A stretch of 64,000 bases of DNA from Rubripirellula sp. (lineage in GTDB: Bacteria; Planctomycetota; Planctomycetia; Pirellulales; Pirellulaceae), in NCBI GenBank assembly GCA_965216875.1, contig OZ244207.1, positions 2,752,001-2,816,000 of the forward strand. The letters run 5' to 3'. Made by a program: the position numbers and the translations under genes. The notes beneath the pieces are model-generated. The model was not told the origin of the DNA and ran no database searches. It saw only the letters and a program-made list of their open reading frames with translations. Shown here piece by piece: positions 9,137 through 18,826 of this stretch. The first letter of the stretch is position 1, and every line of letters begins with the position of its first letter.

Positions 9137-9658
9137 ATGCGCAAAGCCAGCCTTCTAATCGCGACGGCGTTGGTGCTATTCGGCGCCACAACCAGCTACG
9201 CCCTCTACAGCATTGCCGACACCGGAACGTGGCCGAAAACCTGGCCAACCGAACTGGAACCGCTGCGGAAGCAATCGCGCACCGCCGCCGGCCCCACCAT
9301 CATGCAGCGGCATTACGACATTCCCTGTAAAGATCAGGCCGAATTCGAAAAGGTGTGGCCGCACCTGTTGGCGGTCAAAAGCGAGGGAGCACCGATCATT
9401 CTGATGCCTGGTCCCAACAAGTGGTTAGGCAATACGATCCAAGGCGGTGTTCGGATTCATTGCCCGCCCTCCAGTCGCCACCCTGAAAAAGACCCTGTTG
9501 CTCCCAAGGGCAAGATCATCAACACCGACAACCCACGTGTGCGATGGATGAACCGAAACTACATCGAATTGATTGTCGATGGAAAGATCGTCGACCTGAA
9601 TCGAATCGAGCTACCGCCGGACACGCCCATCATCGACGAACGTTTCAAGAAGAAATGA
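9137..9658 (+). CDS. Hypothetical exported protein
   Basis: 173 aa, signal peptide MRKASLLIATALVLFGATTSYA, fills the gap between flanking genes. Confidence 0.75.
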   Translation: MRKASLLIATALVLFGATTSYALYSIADTGTWPKTWPTELEPLRKQSRTAAGPTIMQRHYDIPCKDQAEFEKVWPHLLAVKSEGAPIILMPGPNKWLGNTIQGGVRIHCPPSSRHPEKDPVAPKGKIINTDNPRVRWMNRNYIELIVDGKIVDLNRIELPPDTPIIDERFKKK

Positions 9659-10939
9659 TCAGACGATCAAGAAAGTGTGCGTCTCACTGCACCACTTCGC
9701 GTTCTTCATCCGCTGTGGTGTCAAACGCATTTGATTGATCATCGGGTCGCAAACCGGTCGGGCAATTTCCAGCGACGTCGATTCGAGTTCAATCCGTTTC
9801 CCGTCGCTGCCGAGCAACACTGGAGCAGCAAATCCTGCCTTGGGTCGCCGAATCACTTGAGCAAGTTCGCCATTCTTGAGCTCCACCATGCTACCGAGCG
9901 GGAACATCGTTTCCGTGTTCACAAAAGCACGCATCACCTGAGGGTCAAACAATCCCCGGCCAGCTTGGTGCAACATCAAACCAAGTGCGTCGTGCGGCAC
10001 AATGGCTTGCCGCGTTGCCGCAGGTGCGGTCAAGGTTAGATAGGCATCAACGACATTTAGGATTCGAGCGTAGAGGTGGATGCGCTGTCCCTTCGTGCCA
10101 CGCGGATACCCCGAACCGTCGAACTGCTCGTGCACCTGAGCGATTGCCAACAACACCGAATGTGGGATCTCCATAAAGTCTTGAGCGACTCGGGCCGAAA
10201 GCAACGGGTGTTTTTGAAACTCCCAATGTTCGGAAGGATCGAGAGCTCGCGTGGCTTCTTGGAATCGGCCATCCATTGCGTAGATGCCAACGTCATGCAA
10301 GAGAGCGGCCATACCGATTTCGGTGGTCTTTTCGCCATCGAGTCCCATTTCGATCCCGATCGCCATCCCGATGACCGCCATGCGGACACTGCGTTCGGCA
10401 ATGTCGTCGATTGGACTTGAAGAGCCCATGATGCCAACCGTTTGGTCGTGGTCGTCGACCATCATGCGCGCGTAGACTTCCGAAACCGAAGTCAGATCCG
10501 AGATCGAATCAAGCTCGCTGCTTCCCAACAGTTTTTGCATGCGCTCATATTGCGCCTTTGCAGTTCCCATGCCACGTTTGAGCGTCTGAGTCCTTTCATC
10601 ACTGAGGTCTTCGTCATGGCGATCGACCAACAGGTCTTTGACTGGTTGGCTCGAAATCCAGCGTCCCGTTGGGTTCGACGGCTTTTCCTTTCGAGGCAAC
10701 GCTTTCGCGCGCGGATTCGATCCACTACCTCGCAGCTTTGCCAGGTCACTGGGGTGAACTTCGATGGACGTAATGCCACGTTCACGCAGACCATTGATCA
10801 CGTGAGGCGTGATCTTGGTGTCGGCACCAAGCAGCAGCACGCCGCACTCGCCTTCAATCGGGTAACTGCACGAGGCGCCTGCCTTGATTTCGTCGATAGA
10901 AACGGTGACTGTGCTGCTTAGCGCCATGATGCGCCCCAA
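9659..10939 (-). CDS. HD-GYP domain protein (partly degenerate c-di-GMP phosphodiesterase)
   Basis: 'LLHDVG', 'KHP', 'HEQFDGSGYP', 'ARIL.VVDAY', 'FDP', C-terminal 'FPLGSMVELKNGE.AQV'; start may be ATG 10927. Confidence 0.88.
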   Translation of the reverse strand: MGRIMALSSTVTVSIDEIKAGASCSYPIEGECGVLLLGADTKITPHVINGLRERGITSIEVHPSDLAKLRGSGSNPRAKALPRKEKPSNPTGRWISSQPVKDLLVDRHDEDLSDERTQTLKRGMGTAKAQYERMQKLLGSSELDSISDLTSVSEVYARMMVDDHDQTVGIMGSSSPIDDIAERSVRMAVIGMAIGIEMGLDGEKTTEIGMAALLHDVGIYAMDGRFQEATRALDPSEHWEFQKHPLLSARVAQDFMEIPHSVLLAIAQVHEQFDGSGYPRGTKGQRIHLYARILNVVDAYLTLTAPAATRQAIVPHDALGLMLHQAGRGLFDPQVMRAFVNTETMFPLGSMVELKNGELAQVIRRPKAGFAAPVLLGSDGKRIELESTSLEIARPVCDPMINQMRLTPQRMKNAKWCSETHTFLIV

Positions 10940-11251
10940 TATCTCTCTTACGCCGGATCACGCCGTAGAAGGCCCACGTTGGACCGGTCTACAATCAACG
11001 GTAGGGCGAAAAATGAGCATTGCCAAACGCCAGGCATGTGGATTGCCGCGAAACTGAGCCATATCGTCACAATTGCCTGTCAGGCAAACCACAACCGGTT
11101 GCGTTTGTGAGGGTTGTGACGGCAGCGCGGGGGGAGAATCCCCGACGGTGAAAATTTTGAAGGGGCATGGCCATGTGGGCGCCCGCAAGTATTCTTTCCT
11201 AACGTCTTCGCAAAGACTCGAGATCCCCGTTTCCCTCGTTGGCTCTTCATC

Positions 11252-12448
11252 GTGCCCCAATCCGACGTCGTCATCGTGGGTGGAGGAATCGTCGGTTTGG
11301 CGACCGCCTACCGCCTCCAACAGCGCTACCCCGATTTATCGCTCACAATCGTTGAAGCCGAAGACAGAGTCAGCGCCCACCAGAGCGGGCACAACTCTGG
11401 AGTGCTTCATTCCGGGATCTACTACAAACCCGGATCCGAAAAAGCGATCTGTTGTCGCGCTGGGAAAGCGGACATGGAGGCCTTCTGTGACGAGCACAAC
11501 GTCGACTGGCAACGGTGCGGCAAGGTCGTCGTCGCCACCTCTGCCCAGGAGATTCCGCGGCTCGAGAGTATCGCGGAACGAGCGGGCGAAAACGGTGTGG
11601 AAGCCGAACGGATCGATACCGACCAATTGCGCGAACTCGAACCCTCGGTCGCCGGAGTCGCCGCGATTCATGTTCCCGAGACTGGCATTGTGAACTTTGC
11701 GAACGTGTGCCAAACGCTCGCAGCACTCCTGCAAGACCGCGGCGCAACGCTCAGGCTGGAATTCAACGTCAGCTCGATTTCAAAAGAGTCTTCGTCCCTT
11801 ACGCTCAAGAGTTCTCGTGGCGATACGCTGACCTGCGGTCGCCTGATCAATTGCGGCGGCTTGCAAAGTGACCGAGTATGCCGGATGACGGGCGAGACGC
11901 CTCAACTGCAAATCGTGCCCTTTCGCGGCGAGTACTATGACCTGGCCGAAGGCAGCCAATCGCTCTGCCGCAATCTGATCTACCCTGTTCCGGATCCGTC
12001 CTTTCCATTTCTTGGTGTTCATTTCACGCGGATGGTGGACGGTGGCGTTGAATGCGGACCAAACGCCGTCCTGGCACTGGGGCGTGCCGGTTACTCTTGG
12101 TCGCAAGTCAACGTGGGAGACCTGGTTTCGACGCTGACCTACGGTGGCTTTCTCAAGCTGGCTTCGAAACATTGGAAGATGGGAGCTGGTGAGATTCACC
12201 GCTCACTCAGCAAAGACGCCTTCGTCAAAGCGCTGCAAAAACTCATTCCCTCGATCAAGTCATCGGATCTCGTTCCGGGTCGCGCCGGAGTGAGAGCTCA
12301 AGCAGTGACGCCGGACGGAAACCTCGTCGACGATTTTCTAATCCAACCCAGTGATCATGCGATTCATGTGCTCAACGCACCATCACCTGCGGCGACCGCA
12401 TCGCTGGCGATTGGTGCAAGAATCGTTGATCACTTCGCCGACATGTAG
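11252..12448 (+). CDS. lhgO: L-2-hydroxyglutarate oxidase (FAD)
   Basis: 'GGGIVGLATA', 'HQSGHNSGVLHSGIYYKPGS.KA', 'IYPVPDP.FPFLGVHFT', 'GPNA', 'NAPSPAATASLAIG'. Confidence 0.93.
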   Translation: MPQSDVVIVGGGIVGLATAYRLQQRYPDLSLTIVEAEDRVSAHQSGHNSGVLHSGIYYKPGSEKAICCRAGKADMEAFCDEHNVDWQRCGKVVVATSAQEIPRLESIAERAGENGVEAERIDTDQLRELEPSVAGVAAIHVPETGIVNFANVCQTLAALLQDRGATLRLEFNVSSISKESSSLTLKSSRGDTLTCGRLINCGGLQSDRVCRMTGETPQLQIVPFRGEYYDLAEGSQSLCRNLIYPVPDPSFPFLGVHFTRMVDGGVECGPNAVLALGRAGYSWSQVNVGDLVSTLTYGGFLKLASKHWKMGAGEIHRSLSKDAFVKALQKLIPSIKSSDLVPGRAGVRAQAVTPDGNLVDDFLIQPSDHAIHVLNAPSPAATASLAIGARIVDHFADM

Positions 12449-12487
12449 GGGCGCGTTTGCACGGGAAAGACCACCGTTCATCGACGC

Positions 12488-12726
12488 TGGTGCGTGCAAG
12501 CACACACCCTACGAAGAAATCCAAGTAGGGTGTGTGCTTGCACGCACCAAACCCCAACGTTCTCGCTCATACTCAGCATCGCGGTACTCGTACTCGTTAT
12601 CGATCGGCTGCTCAGAGACTAGATCCGGCCGGCTGCTCAGGTTGCGCGAAGATACCTCTGAAAGACTCGAGTAGGAGCACGAGGGAGAGAAAGCATGACG
12701 CTGGTGCGTGCGAGCACACACCCTAC
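12488..12726. repeat. GTAG-type REP family GTAGGGTGTGTGCTTGCACGCACCA: inverted pair at 12488-12512/12525-12549 and third copy at 12702-12726, with an interspersed GTACTC/GAGCAC hexamer element
   Basis: Three near-identical 25-nt copies, each with GTAG at one end and an internal palindrome. Confidence 0.88.
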
Positions 12727-12727
12727 G

Positions 12728-12764
12728 AAAAAAGCCATCGCCAGGAATGCTCCGGCGATGGCTT
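12728..12764 (-). terminator. Intrinsic terminator downstream of pfk
   Basis: GCCATCGCC/GGCGATGGC stem with A6 on the + strand (U-tract on -). Confidence 0.75.
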
Positions 12765-12794
12765 GATGAGCTTTTAGACTTGCCTTGGCTTGCC

Positions 12795-14078
12795 CTAGCT
12801 ATCGATGCAGGTTTCGAGGAACCGTGCCAAGCGGTGGAAGTCGCTCCCCTGTTCGATGAAGCGGACTTTGGTGACCAGAGTCTCTGGATCCACCAGTTCT
12901 TCGAATGGCACATAGTGCAGATCGAGTTGGCCCGAGACCGAAACCATCACACCGTTGAGTTTTTCCTCGACGAGTGCACGATAGGCCCCGACACCGAGTT
13001 GCGAACCGAGCATCACATCATAGGCGTGAGGTGGTGCACAGCGTGATTCGTAACCAAGTTGCAGACCGTTGACCTTGCGTGTGCGGCCGGTTCGCTCGTT
13101 GTAACGTTCAGCAATCAGTTTTGAGATCAATGCGGACAGGTTGATCGATGAGATGTTGATGTGACCGTGATCGTCGCGGCTAATGCCTTCCAAGTATTGG
13201 CTTGGCAGGTACTCGGCCATCCCCTCGGCAAGAACGATAGTGCCGTATTCGCGGCCTTCTCGTTCGCGAGCGATCATCATGTCGACCATTCGATCGATGA
13301 CGCGATCCATTGCCATGACCTTGCGCGTTTCGCCGGTCTCTTGGTTGACCACTTCTTCTTCGGCCAGTGCACCAGTGACATCCTCGACACTCATCACCAT
13401 GCTCGCTTCACCGGCGATGGCGGCACCGTATGCCAACCAACCTGCACTGCGTCCCATGGCTTCACAAAGGAAGTAGGAGCGGCCAGCGGCTGCATCAAAG
13501 TTCAAGTTTCGAATCTCTTCGGCCAACGTTTCGACGGCGGTGAAGAATCCAAATGTGAAATCGATGCCCGAGTAATCGTTGTCGATGGTCTTAGGCAGGT
13601 GAACGACGGGGAACCGACGTGCATCGGCTGGTAACAAGTCTTGGAACATCTTCAACTTGTTTGCGGTCTTGAGCGTGTCGTCACCGCCGATCGAAATCAA
13701 CGCGTCCACTTCCAACGAGCACAGGCCCTCGTAGACGCGGCGAAGCGGCGCGACTTGTTCAGGATCGGTGAGATGCTCTGGCGAGCTGACGTGTTTGCCA
13801 GGGTTGGTTCGTGCCGTGCCGATCATGATGCCGCGGCTGCTGCGAGCGTTGGTCAACGAATCGTGCGTGAAGCGAATGTAGTCTGCACCTTCTTGCAGAG
13901 GCCCCGCCGCGGTGTATTCGGCAAGCCGGCTGTAACCATGCTTGATGCCAAAGACCTGAGCGCCCTCTTCAAGAAACGAAAAAGCGGCCGTAGAGATAAC
14001 GGCATTCGCAGCAGGTGCGGGGCCACCCGCAAAAAGAATGGCGACCCGCTTGATATCGAGATTGTGATGTTCTGGCAT
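12795..14078 (-). CDS. pfp: Phosphofructokinase, PPi-dependent type
   Basis: 'GGPAPAANAVI', 'IGGDDTLKTA', 'PKTIDND', 'EAMGRSAGWLA', 'LGYESRC'. GGDD plus PKTIDND are the Asp/Lys signatures of PPi-PFK. Start uncertain (14078/14087/14159). Confidence 0.88.
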   Translation of the reverse strand: MPEHHNLDIKRVAILFAGGPAPAANAVISTAAFSFLEEGAQVFGIKHGYSRLAEYTAAGPLQEGADYIRFTHDSLTNARSSRGIMIGTARTNPGKHVSSPEHLTDPEQVAPLRRVYEGLCSLEVDALISIGGDDTLKTANKLKMFQDLLPADARRFPVVHLPKTIDNDYSGIDFTFGFFTAVETLAEEIRNLNFDAAAGRSYFLCEAMGRSAGWLAYGAAIAGEASMVMSVEDVTGALAEEEVVNQETGETRKVMAMDRVIDRMVDMMIAREREGREYGTIVLAEGMAEYLPSQYLEGISRDDHGHINISSINLSALISKLIAERYNERTGRTRKVNGLQLGYESRCAPPHAYDVMLGSQLGVGAYRALVEEKLNGVMVSVSGQLDLHYVPFEELVDPETLVTKVRFIEQGSDFHRLARFLETCIDS

Positions 14079-14441
14079 GTCTGTCACGGCGTTGTTTGGG
14101 TTGATGTTCGGATTAGGACCTGTCCGCCCAGGAAATCGCGATCGCCGCTTCGAGCTCAACCCGACTCACCCAAAAGGCAAGACTGTAAGTTCAGCATTCG
14201 GTCCACAGTGCAGCTGACCGGTTTTCTTTGGTCGGCCGTCCGGTCATCGATGGTTCGCGTCGGTTGGTTTGATCAACCAAGGCTGAAACGACTAGCAATC
14301 AAAGGCCTCGTTGGGCCAGATCGCCCGTTGGACCGGCGGCGGTAAGCAGACGATTTTAAGCATGAAAGACGATCCGCCAAGCCTCCGAGCACGCATCGCC
14401 AGATGACACCCCTGCAAGCCGGTTGCGGGAAGATCAGCCCC

Positions 14442-15071
14442 TTAAACGGCGTCCCACTCAAGTGCCTGTTCAATTGCACCTTGGTATTCTTCGCTGGTCA
14501 GCTCGAGCATCTCGCGCATCTTCGTCAATGTTTCAAGCTGTTGGTCGCCCATTGGCCCATCGGCGGACGCAGCCAAAAACATGCCTTGAAGGGCAAGTCG
14601 ACGTTGCTCAGGGCTCCAGGCTCGCGAAACGGTAAGCACGTAGTTACAAGCCTCAATTCGGTTCTGTTTGGCGATCGAGCAGAGTTCACCCAGTTCTTCG
14701 CGGTCAATTGGGCGATTAAAGAGCCGATTGGAAACGCGCTTGAGCGCTTCGATCTCGTTTTCGGTGATCGTTCCGTCGGCAATGACCACCAACACCGAAG
14801 AACGCATCGCCTGCTCAAGGAATTCTTCCTCGGCCGCCTGTTGGTAGGACTCACGATCCATCGCGAGAACCGTCGGATCCCAGCTCTGTCGGCACGAATC
14901 GCACTCCACAAACTCCTCAGCACCACCGACAGGGACGGTCGGAATGAAATAGAGCGTCAGCCATGGGCGACGGGCTCGCAGCCGGTACGAACGATCGCCT
15001 TCACAATGTGGGCAATAAAAATCGCCACGATCATGGGTTCGCGTCAAATTCATCGTGCCGATCAGGATCAT
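14442..15071 (-). CDS. Zinc-ribbon plus TerB-like domain protein
   Basis: CPHC...LYFIP...ECDSC zinc ribbon; two 'ADG.....E' TerB-type motifs. Confidence 0.8.
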   Translation of the reverse strand: MILIGTMNLTRTHDRGDFYCPHCEGDRSYRLRARRPWLTLYFIPTVPVGGAEEFVECDSCRQSWDPTVLAMDRESYQQAAEEEFLEQAMRSSVLVVIADGTITENEIEALKRVSNRLFNRPIDREELGELCSIAKQNRIEACNYVLTVSRAWSPEQRRLALQGMFLAASADGPMGDQQLETLTKMREMLELTSEEYQGAIEQALEWDAV

Positions 15072-15288
15072 TCGCTCACTTCCTCACTCTGTTACTTCCG
15101 ACATGCCGCGTTTAACACAGGCAATCTAGCGACCTTAAAAGCACCCTGCGATCTTGGGTCGACCTGGCAATCCTTTCCGATTGCGTCACCGTGTCGGGTC
15201 GTACCGGTTCTTCTGCATCGGCACGAAGGATCAGGTCGATAACGCAAATCGGATTGTCCCTGTTGTCTTCCTGGACCTGCGGAAACAC

Positions 15289-17244
15289 ATGCCACTGCTG
15301 CCAGTATCAACGACTCGCACCAGCGCGCCGCTGACGACTCAGCGTCTGATGTTCCAGCTCAACGCGGACCAGCTGCAAATCCAGAATCAGTATGACCAAC
15401 TGAGCACGGGTCGCCGAGTCCTCAGATTGTCCGACGACCCAGCGGCCGCGGGGCGAGCCATCAGTTTGCACCGTGGCATCGACCGGGGAAATCAGCTTCA
15501 AAGGAACGCCAATTCTGCCGCAGCATTCTATCAAGCCTCCGACGAGGCCCTCGGCCGCGTGGACAACGCCTTGATCGAATCGCGCGGGGTTGCCGTCCAG
15601 GCCGCTCAAACCATCAACTCGGACGACGAACGGGCGGCACTCGCCCAAACGATCCAGCAATCGATCAACTCGGTCTTCGCGGCAGGAAACTCACTGTTTC
15701 GCGACCACCAGGTCCTTGGCGGCTTCCTGAACAAGGGAACTGCGTTCCAGTATGACGGATTGCACATCGTCTATTCGGGTAACGACGCAATCGGTCGAAA
15801 TGCACTCGGCGGTGGGCAGCCGAACGCGATCAGCGTCAATGCGAACGAGACCCTGGGAGCCTTCGCAACCTTCATGGAAGGCGAACCACTCAACGCTGCT
15901 CTCGATCCCGCCTCGCGTTTGGTCGACCTGAAAGCTGGCAAAGGGGTGACACCCGGTGTGATCCAACTTTCCGGAGGAACGAACTGGGTTGACCTCGATT
16001 TGCGATCCGCTGCAACGATTGGCGACGTGATTGACCTTCTCAATACGGTTGAGCTTGAAGGGCGGCCGATTTCCGCCACGCTGACCACCGATGGCGTGCG
16101 AATTGAATACTCCGATGGCCTCGCGGGCACGTTGGCAATCGCCGACACCGTCGGCAGCACCACCGCGGCTGAACTCGCGATCGCCAATCCTGACGGTTTG
16201 TCCGCCCCTCCGATCATCGGTGACGGCTTGTCGCCGCGTGTCACGGCTAACACCAACATCGCAGACCTCGACAACGGAAGCGGATTGAACCTGACCGATG
16301 GGATCCAGATCCTGCAAGGCGACGAGGTGTTCGCAATCGACCTCAGCAACGCGCAAACGTTGGGCGATGTCCTCATTGCGATCAATCGATCGGGCGCCGA
16401 CGTACGCGCCGAATTGAATCAAGAAGAAGGGCGTTTGCGACTCCGCTCTCTAAGAAGCGGCGTCGACTATTCCGTAGGCGAAAACGGCGGCATCGCTGCT
16501 CGCGAACTTGGGATTCGATCGGCCACCGAAGAAACGCAACTCAAAGAGCTGGGAAAAGGCCGCGGCGTCGCACTCAATCCCGCTGGCGACGATTTGTTGA
16601 TCATCCGACCAGACGGCGTGCAACTTAGCCTCGATCTCGATGGCGCCGAAACCATCAACGACGTGATGGACTTGATTCGAAATCATCCTGCGAACCAAGA
16701 CACGCTGCGGGTCTTGGTCAACCTGAATGATTTTGGCAATGGTCTTCAGCTCGAAGCACCTCCGGGTGCCGACCCGTTGACCGTGCGTCAAATCGGTGTC
16801 AGTGACGCGGGAACTCGATTGGGAATCATTCCCAAGGGCGCGAGCGAAGCGGTCGGATCACTCGTTGGCAGTGTCGATGCGATCGTTGGCTCCGACTACC
16901 TGCCCAAAGATGCCGGTGGCGCGCTCGACACGCTGTTGCGTTTGCACGACGCGGTCTTGGAAGGGGACATTCCCGAGATCGAACGGCTTCAAAAAGTGGT
17001 CGACGTCGACTTGGATCGCGCCAGCCGCACGCGTGGGCGTGTCGGTGTGTGGACTCGGAACCTCCAGCAGCTCCGTGCATCCACCGAGGACAAAGTCATT
17101 CAAATGAAATCGCAGCTCTCTGACGAAATCGATGCTGACTTGGCAACGGTGATCTCTGACTTGAGCCAACGGCAAGTGGCGTTGGAAGCGTCGATGCGGA
17201 TCATTGGCCAAACCTCCCAACTTACCGTTCTGAACTTCTTGTAG
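15289..17244 (+). CDS. flgL: Flagellar hook-associated protein 3 (FlgL), long form with repeated internal domains
   Basis: '[18 protein letters not shown]' N-terminus; C-terminus '[15 protein letters not shown]...Q.ALEASM......QLTVLNFL'; start MPLLP at 15289. Confidence 0.88.
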   Translation: MPLLPVSTTRTSAPLTTQRLMFQLNADQLQIQNQYDQLSTGRRVLRLSDDPAAAGRAISLHRGIDRGNQLQRNANSAAAFYQASDEALGRVDNALIESRGVAVQAAQTINSDDERAALAQTIQQSINSVFAAGNSLFRDHQVLGGFLNKGTAFQYDGLHIVYSGNDAIGRNALGGGQPNAISVNANETLGAFATFMEGEPLNAALDPASRLVDLKAGKGVTPGVIQLSGGTNWVDLDLRSAATIGDVIDLLNTVELEGRPISATLTTDGVRIEYSDGLAGTLAIADTVGSTTAAELAIANPDGLSAPPIIGDGLSPRVTANTNIADLDNGSGLNLTDGIQILQGDEVFAIDLSNAQTLGDVLIAINRSGADVRAELNQEEGRLRLRSLRSGVDYSVGENGGIAARELGIRSATEETQLKELGKGRGVALNPAGDDLLIIRPDGVQLSLDLDGAETINDVMDLIRNHPANQDTLRVLVNLNDFGNGLQLEAPPGADPLTVRQIGVSDAGTRLGIIPKGASEAVGSLVGSVDAIVGSDYLPKDAGGALDTLLRLHDAVLEGDIPEIERLQKVVDVDLDRASRTRGRVGVWTRNLQQLRASTEDKVIQMKSQLSDEIDADLATVISDLSQRQVALEASMRIIGQTSQLTVLNFL

Positions 17245-17360
17245 CGATTTTGTCGATTCAACCGGTCATCAGGCCGATGAAGATCGCAGGCAGTGCGTGC
17301 GCTCTTTGCGTTTCACCTATCACCACCCTCACGCTGCGATTGAAAGTCGGGAACCATCCC

Positions 17361-17822
17361 ATGCGGATCAACACACAACGATTTGGCACGTTGCGACTGA
17401 ACGCAAATCAGCTCTTCCTGTTTCCACAGGGACTGATTGGAATGGAAACCCTTCGGCAGTGGGCTCTGTTGCCTGACCAGGACAACGCGTCGGTCGCGTG
17501 GTTGCAGAGCGCTTCACGTGGTGATCGAGCCATTCCGCTCATCAGCCCTCGTGCGTTTTACAACGATTATCGGGTCCACGTCAGTCGTCGCGACCTGGAG
17601 ACGTTGCACATGCGTCCTGGTGCGGAAATCTATGTGATGACCACGGTGTCGGGGCACGTTGGCAAACTGACGACCAATCTGCGATCGCCCGTTCTCTTGA
17701 ACTTGAATCGACGTCTCGGTTGCCAGGTGATCACGAGTGATGATCAACCTTTGCAGCATCCTGTGCCATTGGCTTCACCACAGCAGCCTTCGGTCTCTGA
17801 GATCATCAAAAAGGTCGCCTAA
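17361..17822 (+). CDS. fliW: Flagellar assembly factor FliW
   Basis: 'INTQRFG', 'FPQGLIG', 'WLQS', '[11 protein letters not shown]...LGCQVI'; directly upstream of csrA. Confidence 0.9.
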   Translation: MRINTQRFGTLRLNANQLFLFPQGLIGMETLRQWALLPDQDNASVAWLQSASRGDRAIPLISPRAFYNDYRVHVSRRDLETLHMRPGAEIYVMTTVSGHVGKLTTNLRSPVLLNLNRRLGCQVITSDDQPLQHPVPLASPQQPSVSEIIKKVA

Positions 17823-18055
17823 GGGTTTCGAGACCCTCAAACCGCGTGTCGGCTGAAACACTTGGCGTCCGAACCGGCACGACCGGTATGGACCGACCTT
17901 CCGAGCTTCGGTGTCAATTCGTCGCAATTCGCGGCCGATCATCTCTCTAGCGAGCAAGACAGGATTCTTCTCGCCATTGCACTGCGGCCGAACTCTACCC
18001 GCCGGTCGTGCATTGAAATTGTAAGCACCCCCAATCAAACACCTCCGAGGACGAC

Positions 18056-18283
18056 ATGCTGGTCCTTTCACGACACCGAGACGAAAGCATCATGATCGGC
18101 GACGATGTTGTTGTGACGATCGTGGACATCCGTGGTGACAAGGTCCGGCTTGGAATCGAGGCTCCACAGTCGATTCCGGTCCACCGCCAGGAAGTCTACG
18201 ACGCGATCCAACGCGAGAATCGCCGTGCGACCCAAACGGGCGCAGGAGCAACCAAGGACGTTCAACCTCCGCAAGAGGACTAA
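18056..18283 (+). CDS. csrA: Carbon storage regulator CsrA
   Basis: MLVLSR...[13 protein letters not shown]...[27 protein letters not shown]. Confidence 0.96.
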   Translation: MLVLSRHRDESIMIGDDVVVTIVDIRGDKVRLGIEAPQSIPVHRQEVYDAIQRENRRATQTGAGATKDVQPPQED

Positions 18284-18312
18284 CGTCCAACGCTTGCCTA
18301 TCAAACGACGTC

Positions 18313-18348
18313 ATGATCCCGGCCCTCGCGGTTGGGATCATTTTTTTT
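18313..18348 (+). terminator. Intrinsic terminator after csrA
   Basis: ATGATCCC/GGGATCAT stem followed by a T-run. Confidence 0.8.
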
Positions 18349-18377
18349 GCGCTTGTTCCCCTGCTCACGCAGCGTCC

Positions 18378-18496
18378 GTGAGCCGCAGGCCGTGAGGCGT
18401 CTCGGGCCCTTGCCGCACGGACCCTGCACCCATGGCCCCTGCACCATGGGCCAGGCAGCATTGCACGGCCCGGCCGCTTACACGATCGCGGCTCAC
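18378..18496. repeat. GTGAGCCG...CGGCTCAC composite palindromic element; spacer holds a tandem CCCTGCACCATGG duplication
   Basis: Arms match 27955-27983, 28019-28050 and (reverse complement) 48878-48970. Confidence 0.8.
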
Positions 18497-18826
18497 TTGT
18501 GAAAACGTAGGCAGGGGTGCGTTCTGCTGAATTCGCAGACGCAATCTGCGCCATTACTGCGGCTCGCCGCTATCTTGATCCCACCTCTTTTCGGGTCATG
18601 CCGGTCGTGTCGGATACGACGGGCGCCAGCGACAATTCGTCAGGGTTTCTTCGCTAACAACCACTGGTTTTCCCCACACGTAACCAAGGCTTCGTCAGAC
18701 GCAAAGATTGCCAAGGGGTTGTCGACCGAAGTTGGTCGTCGATTGGCTTTCTTTGCTAGCCGGTCCTTTAGCGGCCGTATCCAACCATACCGATTGCGAT
18801 CCGCCGCACGTTAGGGGTAATCATCA

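Noticed and set aside
14442..15071. Tellurite-resistance or anti-phage ter cluster
   Set aside because: A single TerB-domain gene with no terACDZ or defence neighbours
18690..18760. c-di-GMP-I riboswitch suggested by GACGCAAAG upstream of fliC (also at 4542)
   Set aside because: No upstream GGCAAA or GAAA-tetraloop P2 stem; the 4542 match lies within a repeat element
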